Of a stretch of DNA of 64,000 nt, positions 57,461 to 64,000 are shown piece by piece. The stretch's first letter is position 1; each line of letters begins with the position of its first letter. The stretch spans positions 22,692,001 to 22,756,000 of the forward strand of contig OX597828.1 in assembly GCA_951406725.2 (NCBI GenBank). Reading direction: 5' to 3'. The notes beneath the pieces are model-generated. The model made no database searches, was not told the DNA's origin, and saw only the letters and a list, made by a program, of their open reading frames with translations. This DNA is from Octopus vulgaris (taxonomy: Eukaryota). Position numbers and translations under genes: made by a program.

Positions 57461-57644
57461 ACCGTCATGCCTTTAACAGTTTCAAGCGTCATACCTGCGA
57501 CTCTTTCTCGCCTCATCATCAGTATGAAAGAAAACCCGGTTCCCCGTGTTCTGCATTGATTGATAATATCGCATACATTAACTCCCATCCTCTATAGCTA
57601 ACGATACCTCACCTTCCAAAAATCGAAGAATATCCGCTACTATT

Positions 57645-58055
57645 TCTCTTTTACTCTTTTACTTGTTTCAGTCATTTGACTGCGGCCATGCTGGAGCAGC
57701 GCCTTTAATCGATCAACTCGACCCCGAGACTTATTCTTTTGTAAGGCCAGTACTTATTCTATCGGTCTCTTTTGCCGAACCGCTAGGTAACGGGGACATA
57801 AACACACCAGCATCGGTTGTCAAGCAATGCTAGGAGGACAAACACAGACACACAAACACACAAACACAAACACGCATATATATACATATATACGACGGGC
57901 CTATTTCAGTTTCCGTCTACCAAATCCACTCACAAGGCTTTGGTCGGCCCGAGACTATAGTAGAAGACACTTGCCCAAGGTGCAACGCAGTGGGACTGAA
58001 CTCAGAACCATGTGGTTGGTAAACAAGCTCTTTACCACACAGACACTCCTGCGCC
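57645..58055 (-). mobile_element. SINE family A, full length
   Basis: Colinear with 11091-11558 throughout. Confidence 0.9.
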
Positions 58056-58255
58056 TATGTTCGAAAATCGAATACTCTTCGCCTTCTTCATTGTAAATTC
58101 TTGGATAAAATACTTGAGGAAGGAGGTGTTTTCGATCCCGCTAGATTTCGCTCTCTTTGGAGGTCGCTCATATCTATTGACTCCCTAGGACAGGCAACGC
58201 TAAAGAAACAAATTCTTGTGTATTTCTTTGCCCTGCAACTGTTCATCATACTTTC

Positions 58256-58315
58256 CTTATAATTTAGATTACCGCTTTCAATAACCTTATAATTTAGATT
58301 ATCGCTTTCAATAAA
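58256..58315. repeat. 30-bp direct tandem duplication
   Basis: CCTTATAATTTAGATTA(C/T)CGCTTTCAATAA twice. Confidence 0.9.
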
Positions 58316-58764
58316 TACTGTTGTGTACAATTCACTGTCTGACTTTAAATGTTTTTAAGTGAAAGATCTCTCTCCGTTTATTTGTCCTTTTCTCTCTTTT
58401 TCTTTAAATTAGAATTTAAAGGATGTTCCGCTTCGCTTGAATGTGATCGTCCTTTGAATCTATTACGATTAAAGAGACTTGTACCTCATTCAGCTTGTGG
58501 CTATTTTTAAATGCAAACGACAGGTTAAATAACCGCTCGTAATAAAAGGAAGATAAAACGCAAAGGAAAGGAAATACTACACATAAAATTCGTCAGATAT
58601 AGAAGTGGAAGAATGGTCGAAATTAGAAGAAATTTGATTTCTTTGTATTAGATAACCCAGGAAAAAAAATTACGTTCTTCATGGGAGCACTGACACAGAC
58701 ATAGATTTGCGTGTACTACTACCTCTATTGCTGCTGCTGCTGCCGATACTACTACTACTACTAT

Positions 58765-58840
<76 letters not shown>

Positions 58841-59188
58841 GTGGGTATTGAGCGAGTAGCTAACGGAAATAACATAAGAGTAATGGAATAAATGTACGTT
58901 ATTCATATTGCCACACAGTCTAGGCATGCGTCAAAGAAACATTTCCTGTGAAACTCTCGCATATCATAGAGGGTCGGATCTAGTGTCTGAGAAGCTCATC
59001 ACAGTTTTGCATTCGAGTCATGGAACATCAAGTCTAAAGGAGCCGTTTTTACTTGAGTTTAAGAATATAGTTCGTACCACGAGATCCAGAACCTGGAAAT
59101 ATACTGCTATCGGTCTTATTTCGAACTAAATTGTATGAGAGATTTTGCGCATGTCTCAGGCCTCTAGTAGCAATGCGATTGAATTCAA

Positions 59189-59501
59189 AGATGAAAATAT
59201 TCTTATCTACTCTAGGTAGATAAGCCCCCTGCCCGGAAATTTTTGGGCAGGGGGCTAGTCGATTAGATCGACTCCAGTACGTAGTTGGTACTTAATTTAT
59301 TGACCCCGAAAGGATGAAAGGCAAAGTCTATCTCTGCTGTCATAGATGAAAATATATTTTTCTACTCTAGATTCCAGGCCTGAAAGTTTGGAGAAGAGGG
59401 CCAGTCGATTAGATCGACCCCAGTACGCAGCTGGTACTTAATTTATCGACCCCGAAAGGATGAAAGGCATAGTCTACCTCGGCGGTCTTAGATGAAAATA
59501 T
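59189..59501 (-). mobile_element. Tandem pair of 5'-truncated SINE B copies bracketed by three AGATGAAAATAT repeats
   Basis: 12-mer at 59189-59200, 59344-59355 and 59490-59501. Confidence 0.85.
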
Positions 59502-59607
59502 TGCCTCAGTGATTGTCATCACACAGAAGTATAGTGATCCAAGATCATTACGTAAGTACCAACCAAAAACCAGGATCGACATAATTGACTACCTAAAAAC
59601 TGCTGAT

Positions 59608-59915
59608 ACCAGTCAGGGTATTCAGCTCACAGTCGTAAGCTTCTGAGGCCGATTCCTGGCGGTTCGCTGTGTCCTTGAACGAAACACATTATTCCAGGTT
59701 ACTCCAGGCCACTCAGCTGGCAGAAATGAGTTGTACCCGTAATTGAGAGGGACATCACTCTTACACCCTGCGTAACACTGAATCTCCCTGAGAATTACTA
59801 TAAGGGTATGCCTGTCTGTAGAGTGCTCAGCCACATGTTCATTTATGTGAGATGCAGGGTCTTCTGTTGATTGGATCAATTGAAATAATAGTCGTTGTAA
59901 CCAATGAACTGCCAG
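59608..59915 (+). mobile_element. SINE family D, diverged
   Basis: CACTCAGCTGGCAGAAATGAGTTG..CTGAATCTCCCTGAGAA..GTTGATTGGATCAA..GTCGTTGTAACC. Confidence 0.72.
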
Positions 59916-60128
59916 TTGGGAGTGTAATTTTGGCATTCATAGAGCCAACTCATACTATGAGCACACAGGACAACGGAGCAATAAATCAGACCAAATAGCA
60001 GTCTTACTGATGTAATGCATGGATAAAGGAGATTATATATTCCTCTACGTGTCATTGACGACCCTAGCCGTTAAGAAATTCACACGTCATATGTAACATT
60101 TGATTGGTTTTTTTGAGACATACAACTA

Positions 60129-60163
<35 letters not shown>

Positions 60164-60673
60164 CGAGCAAAACGCACCCCTGTCCAAAAGACAGTGCTGA
60201 GTTGTCAAACATTTAAACCAAATTTTCTCAAAACAACTTGTCCGACCGTCCCAAAAGCCTCCCCTCTGAGAAACACCGATTTAACCTAAATTTGAGACAC
60301 CAGCAAAAGAAGAAATAAAGATTTTATTCACACAAATATGCAAACGAAGAGTTTAAAATATCAGTAACGATAAGGCTGTTGACTGGGAGAACACAAACAT
60401 GGTTTAAACAGTAAGCTTGACAGGAAAGAAACGTGCCTTTTAGAAATGCAAAAACAAGAAAAAATGGAAGGTGCAGTTATGTACAAGTTGACGGAAACGA
60501 CTTTATCGATCGCATCGTCACCTGGAATCGAGTTTTGTAATTTTTTTCAAGACTTATACACGCCCTGATACCGTCGGTATCTACATATCAAATTTGAGCG
60601 CAGTCGGATGGAGGATGCCCGAACTCCTAGAAGACACACACACAGACGGACAGAACGGATTTTATATAATAGA
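60164..60673 (-). mobile_element. Non-autonomous Helitron (second family)
   Basis: Minus strand starts A|TCTATTATATAAAATCCGTTCTGTCCGTCTGTGTG. Hairpin CTGTC-caaaa-GACAG (60180-60194) near the 3' end, which reads CTCG|T (one change from CTAG). Confidence 0.65.
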
Positions 60674-61139
60674 TTATTATTACATACCTACTTACTATTT
60701 ATCAGACAAATTAGTCGAAGCCCCAATCTACGTTTTGTTCTTAATTTCAATTATGTACTCAATCAACTCAACGTTGTATTTTTCATTCATGAAGAATTGA
60801 ATAATGTGTGTACGGATGCCTGTGATATTGGTGTTATTCTATTTTACTCTGGTTGTGTATATGTTGTTTAACAGTCTTCTGATTTCTTTTGATGTTTTTT
60901 TTGTTTTTGTTTTTTGTTTGTTGTGATGACTGATGTTGCTTTTGTACGTTTTCCTGTTGGTTGTGGCTTTAGCAGCAGATGTTTATCGTGTTGTTTCTTG
61001 GCAGTCTCGTTTTCTTTTTGTTCTTTTGTCAGTTTTGTACGCTTGCGAGTTTTCGTCCTTGTTTTGATTTGGAAGTTGGATTTTAGTACTCGTTGCTGTT
61101 TGTGTTTATATATATACATACATACAAACATACATACAT

Positions 61140-61335
61140 ACACACACACATATATATATATGTACATATACATACATATACATTCATATATATATAAATA
61201 TACACATATATATATATAAATGTAAATAGATACATATACCTATAAATATATACATATATATACATATGATATATATCATAAATATATATGTATATGTATA
61301 CAAATACACACAGACAGACAAACATACACAAAGAC

Positions 61336-61377
<42 letters not shown>

Positions 61378-61550
61378 GTACATATACATACATATACATT
61401 CATATATATATATATATATAAATGTAAATACATACATATACCTATAAATATATACATATATATACATATGATATATATCCTAAATATATATGTATATGTA
61501 TACAAATACACACAGACAGACAGACAGACAGACACAAAGACACACGCACG

Positions 61551-61622
<72 letters not shown>
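61140..61622. repeat. Tandem duplication of an approximately 220-bp compound microsatellite unit
   Basis: AAATGTAAATA.ATACATATACCTATAAATATATACATATATATACATATGATATATATC.TAAATATATATGTATATGTATACAAATACACACAGACAGACA occurs at about 61218 and about 61420. Confidence 0.88.
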
Positions 61623-61623
<1 letters not shown>

Positions 61624-62224
61624 GTTGTTTTTGTATTCTTGTTAATGCTATCGCTGTTGTCAATGTTTATGTTATGTCTACGATGTCCATGTTTTCGTTT
61701 TGGGTTGAGGATTTTTTTTCCTTTCCTATTTATTACATTCTTGTTGTATAAGATCTACCAAACTTCAGAACTTCAGAACACACATTTATCTCCCTTCCAC
61801 TTCTGAGTCCCTTACGAAAATGTATCACCATGCCCTACTCTTTTAGTCTTCCTTACTGTTTTAGGAAATGTGGAATGGAGAGAGTTAGGGTTTCAGAGGA
61901 GCAGCGGTAGGTCCATACATTTGACAATGGCGAAATTGTACTTGTCTATGTTTGTTTTCCCTGATATGTATTATTTCAGACATTTTCTAGTATTTTCTGG
62001 GACACGGGGTCCACCAATACTTTTTTTCACTAGATGGTGGCGGTGATGTGGTCGTTACGATATCCTGAACAATGTTGCCGTTGTTCATAGGGGTTTGGTG
62101 CTGTATCACATGATGTTTTTACAACCAGCGCGGCCATATTGACACTCTTGTTGAGGAAGGTTTCTACTTCGAACCAAGCACATCAGACGAAATGAAGTTA
62201 TTTATTCTTTCATTCTTTTATTCA

Positions 62225-62581
62225 TAGCTTCTTTTACATGTTTCATTCATTTGACTGCGGCCATGCTGGGGCACTGTCTTTAGTCGAGAAATCTACCCCA
62301 GGACTTATTTTTCGTAAGCCTAGTACTTATTCAATCGGTCTGTTATGCCGACACGCTAATTTCCCACAGGCATCATTTCTGAAGAGATTTTGTGGGGGGC
62401 AAACACAGACAAAAACACAAAATTACACATACGACGGGATTCTTTCAGTTTCCGTCTACTAAATCCGTTCACAAGGCTTTGGTTGGCCAGAGGCTATATT
62501 AAAAAAATATTTGCCGCAGGAGCCACGCAGTGGGACTGAACCAGTAACCACGTGGTTCATAACCAAGCTACTTACCACACA
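62225..62581 (-). mobile_element. SINE family A, diverged
   Basis: CATTTGACTGCGGCCATGCTGG...CCACGCAGTGGGACTGAACC shared with other copies. Confidence 0.82.
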
Positions 62582-63042
62582 TGCTTTTCTAGACCAGGCA
62601 CAGAAACAGGAAAAAATCGTATATAATCATCGCTGTTTACTGCCATAACAACGTGAAGTTAAACAGAAAGAGAAATCTGAGAGACAAGGGTTTCAAAACC
62701 TGCTACTACTCTGCAAAAATTGTAAGCGTGAGTTAAAATCGAAGTGATAGTTTGCAAAAAGCTAAGCTATTCAGGCAAAACCAATCAGAAACTGACGTGC
62801 TTTTTACAGATAAAATCTGCAAGTGGAACAGTAAAAACATGTAATACTTTTATGTAGAGTTCAATAAATAACAATTACAAACTTTGTTATCAAAATTCCA
62901 ACCAGGAGATTTCGTAACTATATTCAAAACCAACTCTATCCATACCCCTCTCTCTCACTTGGTCCCTGCATATAAATATATATACATACATACAGAGAGA
63001 GAGAGAGAGAGTGATAGAGCCAGAACGACATGCTATATAATA

Positions 63043-63106
<64 letters not shown>

Positions 63107-64000
63107 TAGATAGATAGATAGATAGATAGATATAGATATATATAAATATGTATATATATAGGTATATATAAATATACGTGTGTATGTGTAGATGAGTATG
63201 CATATATGTATGTATATATATCTACGTATCTACATGTCAATCTCTTGTATGTGTTAACGGGTTTTGTGACCTTACTTTGAAACGGGTTATCATATTTATT
63301 CATAGAGAAAATTTCACAAGCGCATAAGTAGTAATTAGTCTCTGTGTGTTTATGCGTGTGTGTGTCTCTGTGTATGTGTGAATATGCATACATACATTTA
63401 AGTATACTTGTGCGTGTGTATTTCTATATATGCGTATATTTGTGTGTGTGTGGGTGGGTTTATTTTAGAGCAGTGTTTGTTATTTTTCTCAAAGAATAGT
63501 GTTTCAATTTACCCAAATATTTTCTTAGTTTTTCCAGATAAACCACCCACTTTCAGTACTACAAACGTAAGTATACACTGCTTAGAACATACACACATAA
63601 CTATAAGCATACATGCATACATGCCCAGGAAATATATGTTTATATAAGCGTGAATGTATGTATAAAAGTGTGTATAGATACAAGTTTTAATGCATATATA
63701 TATATTTATATATATATATATATACATTGCACATATATATATATATGCACAAAGATACACGCGTATGCATATATATATATATATATATATATATAATCTC
63801 ATTTATACACACACACGCACATGTGCGTGTGTGTGTATCATATATATTACATATATAAGCGTAAGCATATGCACACAGATATATAGAAAATCATGCATAT
63901 ATATATAATACATAATTTATATACGCCATAAATATAATATATATATATGTGTGTGTGTGTGTTGATGTGTGTGTGTGTGTGTGTACGTGGACTTATGCAT

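Overview
AT-rich, microsatellite-saturated eukaryotic non-coding DNA (intron or intergenic). The repeat content is most consistent with an octopus/coleoid cephalopod genome; this is an inference from the tRNA-derived SINE types and the extreme (TA)n/(TAA)n density. No host exon could be supported, and almost all supplied ORFs are translated microsatellites. Recognisable content: at least four tRNA-derived SINE families, several decayed REL-endonuclease (R4/Dong-like) LINE fragments in or beside (TAA)n tracts, a maT/DD37D-type Tc1/mariner transposase remnant, two non-autonomous Helitrons and a pogo/Tigger-like MITE. The most interesting signal is a set of short non-coding inserts in or next to (TA)n tracts that carry type I hammerhead ribozyme motifs. 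Three have intact cores (28012-28068 +, 40620-40680 -, 40765-40867 +) and about five are decayed. They occur with long fold-back palindromes and two unexplained highly structured RNA-like modules (1637-1735, 14801-14885). This looks like a (TA)n-targeted, ribozyme-bearing Penelope-like/retrozyme system. All folds and alignments were done by eye, and boundaries of decayed elements are approximate.
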